Positions 1-8,285 of a stretch of DNA of 64,000 nucleotides are shown here, in pieces. The stretch is from positions 2,310 to 66,309 of the forward strand of contig DAOUJZ010000044.1 of NCBI GenBank assembly GCA_034421955.1, written 5' to 3'. A model generated the notes under the pieces. It was not told the DNA's origin and made no database searches. It worked only from the letters and a program-made list of their open reading frames with translations. Origin of the DNA: Dehalococcoidia bacterium (lineage in GTDB: Bacteria > Chloroflexota > Dehalococcoidia > Lucifugimonadales > CATOSD01). Every line of letters begins with the position of its first letter. Positions within the stretch are counted from its first letter, which is position 1. A program made the position numbers and the translations under genes.

Positions 1-859
1 GGGCGTCGGCGATGGCCTTGAGCGGGAAGCTGGTGCCCTGCTGGGCGCTGATGTACTTCCACCACGCCTCGGACTGGTCCTGGGTGTAGTCGGTTCCGAT
101 TCCAACGTGGTCTATGCCGACCTGCTCGACCAGGTGGTCGATGGCGTCGATGTAGTCCTCGATGGTGGAGTCGAAGCCGGTGCGCAGCATGCTGGTGATG
201 CAGGTGGCGCCTATGACGCCGCCCTTTTCGGCCAGCAGCTTTATCGCCTCGAGCTCCTTGTTGCGGGGCATGTCGTGGTAGGACTTGGCGTTGGCGTGGG
301 TTACGGCGACGGGCTGCTCGGAGAGCTCGATGGTCTCCATGGTGGTGCGGACGCCGACGTGGGACAGGTCCATGAGGATGCCCAGCCTGTTCATCTCCTT
401 CACCGCATCCACGCCGAAGTGGGTCAGACCGTAGTCGTAGCGCTCGTAGCAACCGCTGCCGAGTAGGTTGGCCTCGTGGTAGGTGACCTGGATGATGCGG
501 ACGCCCAGCGCGTGGAAGAGAGCCAGACGATCCAGGTCGTTCTCTATCGGCGAGGCGTTCTGGAAACCGAGGATGACGCCCACCTTGCCGTCGCGCTTGG
601 CGCGGCGTATGTCCTGGGCGCTCTTGATTTGCGAAAGGACGTCGGGGTTGTCGCGGAAGCGGCGCATCCAGCGTGTGACGTGGTTGAGGGTCTCCAGGAA
701 GTTGTCCCAGGTGGCGATGGTGGCGTTGATGGCGGTCACGCCGCCGGCGCTGAGGCTGTCGTAGACGGCGGGGCTGTCCCAGTTGCTGACGTTCAGCGCG
801 TCGATGACGATGGAGTTGGCGTAGAGGTCCTGAGCGGTAGCGTCGGGTTGGGTCGCCAT
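1..859 (-). CDS. Membrane dipeptidase-like protein (peptidase M19 family); C-terminus outside window
   Basis: Not in the ORF track because it runs off the left edge. My reverse-strand translation from ATG 859-857 gives MATQPDATAQDLYANSIVIDALNV...KVGVILGFQNASPIENDLDRLALFHALGVRIIQVTYHEANLLGSG...LMDLSHVG...VAVTHANA...IDHVGIGTDY, an M19 dipeptidase pattern. Plus-strand ORFs 107..466 and 476..895 are antisense shadows. The ATG overlaps the upstream stop (TAATG). Confidence 0.75.
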   Translation of the reverse strand, partial: MATQPDATAQDLYANSIVIDALNVSNWDSPAVYDSLSAGGVTAINATIATWDNFLETLNHVTRWMRRFRDNPDVLSQIKSAQDIRRAKRDGKVGVILGFQNASPIENDLDRLALFHALGVRIIQVTYHEANLLGSGCYERYDYGLTHFGVDAVKEMNRLGILMDLSHVGVRTTMETIELSEQPVAVTHANAKSYHDMPRNKELEAIKLLAEKGGVIGATCITSMLRTGFDSTIEDYIDAIDHLVEQVGIDHVGIGTDYTQDQSEAWWKYISAQQGTSFPLKAIADA

Positions 860-2022
860 TACATTCTTCCCCTGCGGCTGACGCCTTCGGTGTGAAGGCG
901 TTCGCCGATGCGGAACAGGTCGCCCAGTGGGTTGGCCCTGTCCTCGACAGCGTCGGCTATGACCTCGCCAATGGAGCCTCCGAACTTGAAGCCGTGGCCG
1001 CTGCCACCGCCCGCTACGACGGTCCTGTTCATGCCGGGCGCCCAGTCCACCACGAAGTGGCCGTCGGGGGTGTTGGTGTACAGGCAGGAGCGCCCGCCCA
1101 GGAACTCGCCCTTGGCAAGCTCGGGCAGACGCCTGGCGGCGAACTCGCGGACCTCTTCGAGGAAGTCCTGGGTGTTGGTGCGCTCGACGTCGCTGTCCAC
1201 CTCTTCACCCACCATGTCGTTTGCGATCTTCACGGTGCCGTCGGCGAGCAGCGGGAAACCGTACCAGCCCTGGGTCTTGGGATGCCAGGACCAGCCGGGG
1301 AACACGTCCCTGCGAAACGGAGCGGGATCCACGGGGCGGTAGAAGGCCATCTGCTGGCGGCTTATGAGCATGGACTCACCGACGGGGGGCAGCAGTCTGC
1401 CGACCCAGGGTCCAGCGGCGACAACCGTCCTGTCGAAGCTGAACGAGTCTCGGTCGGTGGCAACCTCCACGCCCGATTCGGACTCTTCTATACCGACGAC
1501 GCGGGTGTGTTCTTTCAGGGTCACGCCCTCGTCACCGGCGAGCCGGGACAGATCGGTCACGGCCTGGCCGCTGGCCAGGTAGCCGGCCCAGGCGTCGTAG
1601 ATGAGTCGCTCGTCGGTGTCGTCGAACGCGAGCTGGGGGAAGCGCTCGGTGGCCTGTTCGCGGGAGAGGGTGCGAAACTCTTTCCGGGTGGACTCGAGGT
1701 GCTCGATGCTGGCCAGCGCATCGCCTCCGTCTGTCAGCTCAGACTCGGAATAGATGGAGAGTTGGCCGGACTGGAAGTAGAAGGAGCCGCCGAGTCGCTG
1801 CTGCCACTCGGCCCACTTGCGGCCGGAGCGCTCGACCAGCTCGACGTAGGGGTGATTCGGCGCGTAGTTGACGCGGCGGATGGCCTTGGCGACGTCGGTG
1901 GAGCTGGCGTTTTCGTAGGGTATGGCGCCCTGCTCGAACAGGGTGACGTCGTGGCCCCGGCCCCGCAGCTCGATGGCGGCGCCCATGCCGAATATGCCCG
2001 CGCCCACAACGCCAACTCCCAT
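859..2022 (-). CDS. FAD-dependent oxidoreductase (DAO / sarcosine-oxidase-like)
   Basis: ORF 859..2067. I moved the start to ATG 2022, which has a GAGGAGG RBS 7 nt upstream. The N-terminus MGVGVVGAGIFGMGAA carries a GxGxxG dinucleotide-binding motif, and length and composition fit the DAO family. Confidence 0.8.
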   Translation of the reverse strand: MGVGVVGAGIFGMGAAIELRGRGHDVTLFEQGAIPYENASSTDVAKAIRRVNYAPNHPYVELVERSGRKWAEWQQRLGGSFYFQSGQLSIYSESELTDGGDALASIEHLESTRKEFRTLSREQATERFPQLAFDDTDERLIYDAWAGYLASGQAVTDLSRLAGDEGVTLKEHTRVVGIEESESGVEVATDRDSFSFDRTVVAAGPWVGRLLPPVGESMLISRQQMAFYRPVDPAPFRRDVFPGWSWHPKTQGWYGFPLLADGTVKIANDMVGEEVDSDVERTNTQDFLEEVREFAARRLPELAKGEFLGGRSCLYTNTPDGHFVVDWAPGMNRTVVAGGGSGHGFKFGGSIGEVIADAVEDRANPLGDLFRIGERLHTEGVSRRGRM

Positions 2023-2106
2023 GGCCTGACCTCCTCGGCAGCTATCTGTCCGGGCTGGAGCCGCCATTGTGGGCGGCGGACTCGGACGTTTCGATGGGGA
2101 AATGAA

Positions 2107-2182
2107 TGGTCGGGGTGGCGAGACTTGAACTCGCGACCTCTACGTCCCGAACGTAGCGCCCTACCGACTGGGCCACACCCCG
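2107..2182 (-). tRNA. tRNA-Pro (anticodon CGG), CCA encoded
   Basis: The reverse complement CGGGGTGTGGCCCAGTCGGTAGGGCGCTACGTTCGGGACGTAGAGGTCGCGAGTTCAAGTCTCGCCACCCCGACCA folds as a cloverleaf. Acceptor is CGGGGTG/CACCCCG, anticodon stem CTACG/CGTAG with loop TTCGGGA, and T-arm GCGAG-TTCAAGT-CTCGC. Confidence 0.9.
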
Positions 2183-2244
2183 ACGCGCCATAACGGCTTA
2201 CATATCTTATAGGGAAGGGCGCGGTTGGGCAAGGATAGCGGCGC

Positions 2245-2267
2245 GCGCATCGCAAAGAGTGATGCGC
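2245..2267 (-). terminator. Hairpin downstream of sat (candidate terminator)
   Basis: GCGCATC-9 nt loop-GATGCGC lies 7 nt past the sat stop codon. There is no clear U-tract. Confidence 0.3.
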
Positions 2268-2273
2268 CGTCTG

Positions 2274-3509
2274 TTAGGCCAGAGGGCCGAATGTCAGCAC
2301 GGGTTGCCGGTTCTTGAGGTAGTTCTCGGTTACGAAGGGAGAGCCGAAGCCGTACTTCTCCGCGCACTCCATGACCAGTTCGAACACCTCGGCGCGGAAG
2401 ATGAGCGGCGACGGCGTGACGCCGCCCTCGAGGGTGGCGCGCATGAGCGTGCCGCTGAGGTCCTGCTTGCTGTCCGGGTGGCCGCAAAGGCCCTCGTAGG
2501 CTATGCCCGCGCACACGGGGCAGTTCCACCACTCCAGCGTCACCACCGGCTCGATGCCGATGGGCGGTATCTCGTCGAATATGCGGTGCGAGGCGTAGGG
2601 GTCGTAGTAGGAGCCGACGCCGGCGTGGTCTCGACCGAACATGTGGTGGGTGCAGCCGAGGTTCTTGCGCACGATGGCGTGGAAAACGGCCTCGCGCGGT
2701 CCGGCGTAGCGCATGTCCCACAGCAGCATGGAGGCCATGTGGACGTCCTGGCGGAAGTAGCCCGCATCTCGCAGCACGTCGTGGGCGAGGATGATCGCCT
2801 CGTCAATGAAGTCGCCTATCTTCTTCTCGCCGATTACGGCGTTCACCAGCACCGCGTCGGCGTTGGCGGCGAACCAGGCGCCCTTCATCAGCCATTCGTG
2901 CCCGGCGTGCGGGACATTGCGCGTCTGGTGGGCGGCGACGCGATCCCAGTCGTTATCGGCGAAGCGCTGCCGCATGACTGAGGGCGGCAGCCAGAAGCGG
3001 TCGAACGGCGGGTTGATGGTGGGCGGATTGACCAGGGTGATCCTGCCGCCGACGAACACGTCCTCGTAGGCGTAGGTGCGCTGAACGCCGGGGTGGTTGG
3101 CGTCCGTGGTGCCGTAGACAGCCGCGGCCATGCGCTGCTTGTCGAAGGCGTAGAGCTGCTCTACGTCGAGCGTGGCCACCGGCTGCTCCTCGTGAGTCAG
3201 CAGCAAGGCGTCGCCCTCTCGCAGGGACAGCCGGTCGACATCGGCCTGGGACACGTCGAAGACCACGGGGACGCTCCAGACGTAGCCGCTCGCGAGGGTC
3301 ATGCGCTCGCAGACGGCCTCAACGTCCTCGCGCAGCATGAAGCCTTCGATCGGCGAGAAGAAGCCGTAGGCGATGCCTACGCACTCGTGGGCAATCTGGT
3401 CGCGTATAGCGATGGACTTCAGGCCGCGCAGGGAAGCGGCGGGCACGGGTTGGGGCGCTACGCGGTCGACGAGTGCGCCGCCGTGGGGTGAGAGAGAGTT
3501 GTCTACCAT
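2274..3509 (-). CDS. sat: Sulfate adenylyltransferase (ATP sulfurylase)
   Basis: 411 aa ORF with AAHQTRNVPHAGHEWL (QTRNxxHxxH) and GCTHHMFGRDHAGVG (GRDHAG) motifs, plus an N-terminal PUA-like region typical of Sat. Confidence 0.9.
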   Translation of the reverse strand: MVDNSLSPHGGALVDRVAPQPVPAASLRGLKSIAIRDQIAHECVGIAYGFFSPIEGFMLREDVEAVCERMTLASGYVWSVPVVFDVSQADVDRLSLREGDALLLTHEEQPVATLDVEQLYAFDKQRMAAAVYGTTDANHPGVQRTYAYEDVFVGGRITLVNPPTINPPFDRFWLPPSVMRQRFADNDWDRVAAHQTRNVPHAGHEWLMKGAWFAANADAVLVNAVIGEKKIGDFIDEAIILAHDVLRDAGYFRQDVHMASMLLWDMRYAGPREAVFHAIVRKNLGCTHHMFGRDHAGVGSYYDPYASHRIFDEIPPIGIEPVVTLEWWNCPVCAGIAYEGLCGHPDSKQDLSGTLMRATLEGGVTPSPLIFRAEVFELVMECAEKYGFGSPFVTENYLKNRQPVLTFGPLA

Positions 3510-3519
3510 GGTGGTGGGG

Positions 3520-3915
3520 TCATTCTCTTCCGTTCGCGTCGTACTCGCCGATGAGGACGGCCATGCGACGCACGTATGCGCTGACGGCAGGTCGGCCGGC
3601 CTCTATATCGTAGTCCTCCATGTCGCCGTGGGAGAAGTGAATGTGAAACCTCTCGGCAACAAAGAACCCGGACGAAAGGAACAGATCGCCATACTCTTGC
3701 GCCAGCCTGGTGGTGGCGTTTTTGTTGTCCCGGTGGGAGCGGAACGCCCAGCCGCGTTGCTTGGCGGCGGCCATGACTACCTGGCACGCCGCGCCGTACA
3801 GCTTCTCGGCGCCCTGGCGCGTGTCGCCCGCCTCGAATTCAGCTTCGGACTGGACGAGGAACGCCAACGCCTGCTCTACGCATTCTTCGACCGTTGTTTC
3901 GTGTTGTGTCGTCAT
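3520..3915 (-). CDS. PaREP1-like (HEPN-superfamily) protein, copy a
   Basis: 131 aa. The pattern AEKLYGAACQVVMAAAKQRGWAFRSHR...AERFHIHFSHGDMEDYDIE...VSAYVRRM matches the PaREP1 pattern (EKxWGAxxxAxKAxA..GW...SH...lH..FY...). It is a tandem paralog of 3953..4348. Confidence 0.6.
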   Translation of the reverse strand: MTTQHETTVEECVEQALAFLVQSEAEFEAGDTRQGAEKLYGAACQVVMAAAKQRGWAFRSHRDNKNATTRLAQEYGDLFLSSGFFVAERFHIHFSHGDMEDYDIEAGRPAVSAYVRRMAVLIGEYDANGRE

Positions 3916-3952
3916 TGAAGATCAATCCTCATGTTGCGACAGAAGGGTGGCC

Positions 3953-4348
3953 TCACGCCCTGCCGTAGGCCTCGTACTCTCCGACGAGGGCGGCCATGTG
4001 CCGCACGTAGGCCCTGACGGCAGGGCGGCTGGCTTCTATGTCGTAGTCCTCCATATCGCCATGGAAGAAATGTATGTGAAACCTCTCGGCGGCAATGAAA
4101 CCCAGGGAAAGGGAGCCGTCTCCGTACTCGTCGGCCAGTCTGGTGGTGGTGTTCTTGTTGTCCCTGTGGGAGCGGAACGCCCAGCCGCGTTGCTTGGCGG
4201 CGGCCATGACTACCTGGCACGCCGCGCCGTACAGCTTCTCGGCGCCCTGGCGTGTGTCACCCGCCTCGAATTCGGCCTCGGATTGGGCGAGGAATGCCAG
4301 GGCCTGTTCTACGCACTCTTCGACCGTTGTTTCGTTTTGTGTCGTCAT
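3953..4348 (-). CDS. PaREP1-like (HEPN-superfamily) protein, copy b
   Basis: 131 aa and near-identical to copy a, including an 85-nt identical DNA run (4168-4252 = 3735-3819). Confidence 0.6.
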   Translation of the reverse strand: MTTQNETTVEECVEQALAFLAQSEAEFEAGDTRQGAEKLYGAACQVVMAAAKQRGWAFRSHRDNKNTTTRLADEYGDGSLSLGFIAAERFHIHFFHGDMEDYDIEASRPAVRAYVRHMAALVGEYEAYGRA

Positions 4349-4357
4349 GGCATCGAG

Positions 4358-5626
4358 CTAGTTGTCGCGGGTGGGCACCTTGCCTATGACGCCCTCAGCT
4401 TCGAGGTCGGACAGCTCGGATTCATCGAGGCCAAGCAGCTCGCCGAAGACGGTCTCGTTGTGCTCGCCGAGTCTGGGGGTCGGCCAGCGGACGCCGCCGG
4501 GTGTCTTCGACATCTTCCAGCTAATGCCGGGCATGAACTGCGGGCCGGTCGATGGGTGGTCGACCAGTTCCATCAGGCCTCGCTCCTGGTAGTGGGGGTC
4601 GTCGAATATCATTTCCGCGGACTCGACGGGCGTGGCGGCGATTCCGACGGCCTGGAGCGTTTGCATCACGTCGTTGCTGTCCTTGTCCCGCGTCCACTCT
4701 GACAGGATGGCGTCCAGCTCGTCCTGGCGTCGCCAGCGGCCCAGGGCGTCGGCGTAGCGCTCGTCTTCCGCGAGGCCGGGCCTGTCGATAGCGGCGCAGA
4801 GCCGTTGCCATTCGGCGTCGGAGGCGACGGCGATGGCCACCCACTCCTCTTCTTCACCACGGCATCTGTATATGCCGTGGGGCGCCATGTAGGGATGACG
4901 GTTGCCCCGACGGTCCGGGTTGCGGTTGTTCATCTGGTAGCCCAGTATGGCGTCGCCTATGAGCGAGACCGACGAGTCGAGCTGGGACAGGTCCACGTAG
5001 ACGCCGCGGCCGGTTCGCCGGCGGTAGAGGAGCGACGCGAGCATGGCGCCGGTGGCGTGCGAGCCGGTGATGGGGTCGCCGTGGTTTATGCCGGATTTCA
5101 TCGGGCCGTCTTCGTCCAGGTAGCCGGTCATGTCGGCCATGCCGGAGAGCTGCTCCTGGCCTATGCCGTACTGCACGAAGCCCTTCCATCGGCCCTTGTT
5201 GCCGAACGCCGGCATGGAGATGAGCACGATGTCGGGTCGCAGCGACCGCAGCTTTTCGTAGTCGAAGCCCAGCCGCGCGAGAACGCCAAGCCGGTAGTTC
5301 TCGATGACGGCGTCGCTGATGGTGACGAGGTGCGAGAACAGGTCCTTGCCGCTTTCCTTGGCGAGGTTGATTGTGACTCCGTACTTGCTGAGGTGCAGCG
5401 AGTTGAACCAGCCGTTGCGGTTCCAGGGGTCTTCGCCAGGCTCGGCCTCCGGGTAGTTGCCGGATCCCGATGGTGGGTTGATGCCGCCCCTGGTGGTGTC
5501 CATCCTGTCTACGGACTCTATCTTGATTATGTCGGCTCCCATGTCGGCCATCAGCTTGGTGGCGTAAGGGCCGGCCCATATGCGGGAGAGGTCGAGTATT
5601 CTTATGCCTTCGAGGGCTTGAGTCAT
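4358..5626 (-). CDS. CoA-transferase family III (CaiB/BaiF-like)
   Basis: 422 aa. The N-terminus LEGIRILDLSRIWAGPYATKLMADMGADIIKIE is the canonical family-III CoA-transferase signature. Confidence 0.9.
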   Translation of the reverse strand: MTQALEGIRILDLSRIWAGPYATKLMADMGADIIKIESVDRMDTTRGGINPPSGSGNYPEAEPGEDPWNRNGWFNSLHLSKYGVTINLAKESGKDLFSHLVTISDAVIENYRLGVLARLGFDYEKLRSLRPDIVLISMPAFGNKGRWKGFVQYGIGQEQLSGMADMTGYLDEDGPMKSGINHGDPITGSHATGAMLASLLYRRRTGRGVYVDLSQLDSSVSLIGDAILGYQMNNRNPDRRGNRHPYMAPHGIYRCRGEEEEWVAIAVASDAEWQRLCAAIDRPGLAEDERYADALGRWRRQDELDAILSEWTRDKDSNDVMQTLQAVGIAATPVESAEMIFDDPHYQERGLMELVDHPSTGPQFMPGISWKMSKTPGGVRWPTPRLGEHNETVFGELLGLDESELSDLEAEGVIGKVPTRDN

Positions 5627-5674
5627 GGTTGCGGTTCCTTAAGGGCTTCCTTTACTTGGAAGTGGTCCGGGGAC

Positions 5675-5714
5675 TCACCCCCATCCTGACCTTGCCCCAT
5701 CAAGGGGGAAGGGA
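5675..5714. repeat. REP-like intergenic hairpin element, copy 1
   Basis: TCACCCCCATCCTGACCTTGCCCCATCAAGGGGGAAGGGA sits immediately after the stop of 5715..6917. Stem is CCTTGCCCC/GGGGGAAGG. Related copies are at 13831 and 8208. Confidence 0.7.
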
Positions 5715-6917
5715 CTAAATGATACCGGAGGCGCGCAGGGTTACGAGCTCTTTTGGCGACAGGTCCAGGGTCTCGCCGTACACCTCGGCGTTGTGCTCGC
5801 CCAACAGCGGAGCGCGCGTCCAGTCGAACGGCACGCCCTCCGGCTGGAAGGGGGGGCCGGCGTAGTCCAGGGTACCGGCCTCGGGGTGTTCTATCTGGAC
5901 GAAGTAGTCGCGGTCGCGCAGGTGCTCCCAGGAGTATATCTCGCCGGGGCTGGCGACGTATGCGAAGGCGATGCCCATGTTCTGCGCCTTCTCGAATATC
6001 TCGCGCTTGTTGTTGCGCATGAGCCAGGGCTCCATGAGCGCCTCCAACTCGTCGGCGTACACCTGGCGCCCTCGCGCGGTGGAGAAGCGCTCGTCGTTGA
6101 GGCGCGGCTCTTCCATCAGCTCGGCCATGGCGGGCCAGCGGTGGGCAGGTCCGGCTATGACGCCCACGTAGCCGTCCTTGCAGGGGTACATGCCCCAGGC
6201 GGCGCGTCCGTAGCCGCGGTGGCCCATGCGCGTGACCTTGTGGCGGGTGTAGCTGTACATCGTGAGGGCGTTTTCGAGGATGGACGCGCTGTACTCAGCC
6301 ACGGAGATGTCGACGTGCTGGCCTTCGCCGGTGGACTCGCGGTGCCAAAGCGCCGTCAGCGTGGCGACGAAGGCGTTCTGGCCGGTGCCGTACTCCGGCA
6401 CGCGCGGCCCCATCTGGAGGGGCTCTTTGTCCGGGCGGCCGGTTATGTACATGAGGCCGCCGTAGGCGTAGTGGTTGAGTGTTTTGGCGGTGTGGTCTTT
6501 GTACGGACCGGTCTGGCCGAAGTTTGTAACGGACGTCATGATAAGGCGAGGGTTGGCGGCATGGAGCGCGTCGAAGGTGACGCCCACCTCAGCGGCGCGC
6601 GAGGGCGCGTAGCTCTCCACCAGCACGTCGGCCCACGACGCCAGCCGCAGCAGCATCGCGCGGCCAGTGGGGGTATCGAGATCGAGCGTAACGCCCCTCT
6701 TGGCGATGTTGAGGTAGAGGAAGAGGGCGCTGCGCTCGGGGTGTGGCTCGTCGTCGGGGAACGGCCCCTCACGCCGGGACTCCTCGCCCTCGGGCGGCTC
6801 GACCTTGACCACGTCGGCGCCCATGGTGGCCATGAGCCGGGTGGCGTAGGGTCCCGCGACGCCGGAACTGAGGTCCAGGACCTTGTAGCCGGAAAGCAGC
6901 GCTTCGGATTCGGTCAA
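5715..6917 (-). CDS. CoA-transferase family III (CaiB/BaiF-like)
   Basis: Only the C-terminal ~400 aa of ORF 5715..7619 are protein-like (LSGYKVLDLSSGVAGPYATRLMATMGADVVKVE...). I set the start at TTG 6917, which has an AGGGGG RBS 9 nt upstream. The upstream R/P/G-rich extension overlaps real genes and was discarded. Confidence 0.85.
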   Translation of the reverse strand: MTESEALLSGYKVLDLSSGVAGPYATRLMATMGADVVKVEPPEGEESRREGPFPDDEPHPERSALFLYLNIAKRGVTLDLDTPTGRAMLLRLASWADVLVESYAPSRAAEVGVTFDALHAANPRLIMTSVTNFGQTGPYKDHTAKTLNHYAYGGLMYITGRPDKEPLQMGPRVPEYGTGQNAFVATLTALWHRESTGEGQHVDISVAEYSASILENALTMYSYTRHKVTRMGHRGYGRAAWGMYPCKDGYVGVIAGPAHRWPAMAELMEEPRLNDERFSTARGRQVYADELEALMEPWLMRNNKREIFEKAQNMGIAFAYVASPGEIYSWEHLRDRDYFVQIEHPEAGTLDYAGPPFQPEGVPFDWTRAPLLGEHNAEVYGETLDLSPKELVTLRASGII

Positions 6918-6937
6918 TTCGGATAACCCCCTGCGGT

Positions 6938-7291
6938 CTATTCTACCAGCGCCAGCATCTTGTCCACGTAGCGGCGCACGTCTTCGGCGGTTGGTTCCAG
7001 TTCTTCCTCCTCCATGTGGTCGTGGTAGAAGTTGGAATGGAACAATCGCGCCGACGCTATACCGGCGCGCAGGGCGTCGTCGTCCAACTCGTTCGCGATG
7101 CGACGGGCGGCTTCCAGCATCCTGCGGTGGCTTCCGAACTTCCAGCCGCGCTGCTGGGCGACGGCCATGATGGCATGGGCGGCGGCGCCCCACATCTTTT
7201 CCGACGCTTGCAGGTATTCGCCGGCGGCGAATTCGCGGTCGGCGTCGGCCAAAAACTTGCGCGCCGTGTCTCTGTGCTCTTCGACGATCAT
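6938..7291 (-). CDS. PaREP1-like (HEPN-superfamily) protein, copy c (divergent)
   Basis: 117 aa with ASEKMWGAAAHAIMAVAQQRGWKFGSHRR...ARLFHSNFYHDHMEEEEL...VRRYVDKM, the same pattern as copies a and b. Confidence 0.6.
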   Translation of the reverse strand: MIVEEHRDTARKFLADADREFAAGEYLQASEKMWGAAAHAIMAVAQQRGWKFGSHRRMLEAARRIANELDDDALRAGIASARLFHSNFYHDHMEEEELEPTAEDVRRYVDKMLALVE

Positions 7292-7306
7292 GTGCGCGGG
7301 AAGGTC

Positions 7307-8203
7307 CTAGCGCGAGCCGCGCAGCCTGGGGTCGAGGACGTCGCGGAGGGCGTCGCCGAACACGTTGATGCCGAACACGAGGGCGGTGAGGAAGAGGCCG
7401 GGGAATATGGCCATCCACGGCGCGAGGGCGAAGAACTGCAGCTTGTCGCGGCTGAGCAGCGAGCCCCATGTGACTGTCTCTTCGGGCGCGCCCGCTCCGA
7501 GGAAGCTGAGGCTGGCCTCGGCCAGGATGGCACCGCCCAGCGCCACGGAGGCGATCACGAGGTAGGGCGCCATGCAGTTGGGGGCGACGTGGTAGGTCAT
7601 TATGCGGAGGCTGGTGCAACCGGTGGCGCGCGCGCTGTCCACGTACTGCGTGGCCTTGATGGACAGGACGACGGACCTGACAGTGCGCAGCGCGTTCGGA
7701 ATGGTCGCTACGGAAATTGCCAGGATGAGGTTGAACATGGACGCGCCGAGCACGGACATTATGGTGAGCGCCAGGACGAGCGTGGGGATGGCCATCATGG
7801 CATCCACAAGTCTCTGGGTCAGCAGGTCCACCTTGCCACCGATGTAGGCGGTGATGACGGCGAGGACTGCCCCAACCGTCGTGCCCATGATTAGCACGGC
7901 GAACCCCACCATCATCGATATGCGGGAGCCGTAGAGGGTGCGGCTGAACAGGTCGCGCCCAAATTGGTCGGTGCCGAACCAGAAGGCCTCACTGGGGCCC
8001 TTCAGGATGGCGTCCGCGTTGGTGTCCAGAATGTCCTTGGGCACCACGTAGGGCGCCACGAGGGCCATGATGCCGAACGCGAGCATGATGGCGAGGCCCA
8101 GCGTTCCCAGCGGCTTCTGTCGAAGGAAGCGAGCGAATGACTGCAGATACGTCCGCTTGGGCCGCAGATCCGCCAGTCCCCGTGATTCCGCGACGGTCGT
8201 CAT
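7307..8203 (-). CDS. ABC transporter permease, peptide/nickel type (DppC/OppC-like)
   Basis: 298 aa multi-pass membrane protein. It has the N-terminal pattern PLGTLGLAIMLAF...FGTDQFGRDLFSRTLYGSRIS and an EAA-like loop ARATGCTSLRIMTYHVAPN. Confidence 0.85.
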   Translation of the reverse strand: MTTVAESRGLADLRPKRTYLQSFARFLRQKPLGTLGLAIMLAFGIMALVAPYVVPKDILDTNADAILKGPSEAFWFGTDQFGRDLFSRTLYGSRISMMVGFAVLIMGTTVGAVLAVITAYIGGKVDLLTQRLVDAMMAIPTLVLALTIMSVLGASMFNLILAISVATIPNALRTVRSVVLSIKATQYVDSARATGCTSLRIMTYHVAPNCMAPYLVIASVALGGAILAEASLSFLGAGAPEETVTWGSLLSRDKLQFFALAPWMAIFPGLFLTALVFGINVFGDALRDVLDPRLRGSR

Positions 8204-8207
8204 TGTA

Positions 8208-8271
8208 TCCCCCTCATCCCTTCGACAGGCTCAGGGCAGGCTTTGACCTTCTCCCGCCAGGGGAGAAGGGA
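8208..8271. repeat. REP-like intergenic hairpin element, long variant
   Basis: TCCCCCTCATCCCTTCGACAGGCTCAGGGCAGGCTTTGACCTTCTCCCGCCAGGGGAGAAGGGA lies between the two permease genes. Stem CCTTCTCCC/GGGAGAAGG carries a compensatory C>T/G>A change relative to copy 13831. Confidence 0.65.
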
Positions 8272-8285
8272 CTCTGGAGACATTC

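Noticed and set aside
892-2193. Long ORFs on the strand opposite to recognised genes (for example 892..2193 +, 9058..11436 +, 12064..13341 -, 17572..18825 -, 48048..49832 -, 61003..63696 +, 62078..63514 -).
   Set aside because: They fully overlap genes with clear family motifs. They have the R/G/A/P/V-rich composition typical of antisense or off-frame shadows in high-GC DNA, and they lack RBS-supported starts.
6918-7619. N-terminal extension of about 230 aa on ORF 5715..7619.
   Set aside because: The extension is R/P/G-rich and overlaps the PaREP1-c gene and the permease gene. The CoA-transferase signature begins right after a TTG with an RBS at 6917.
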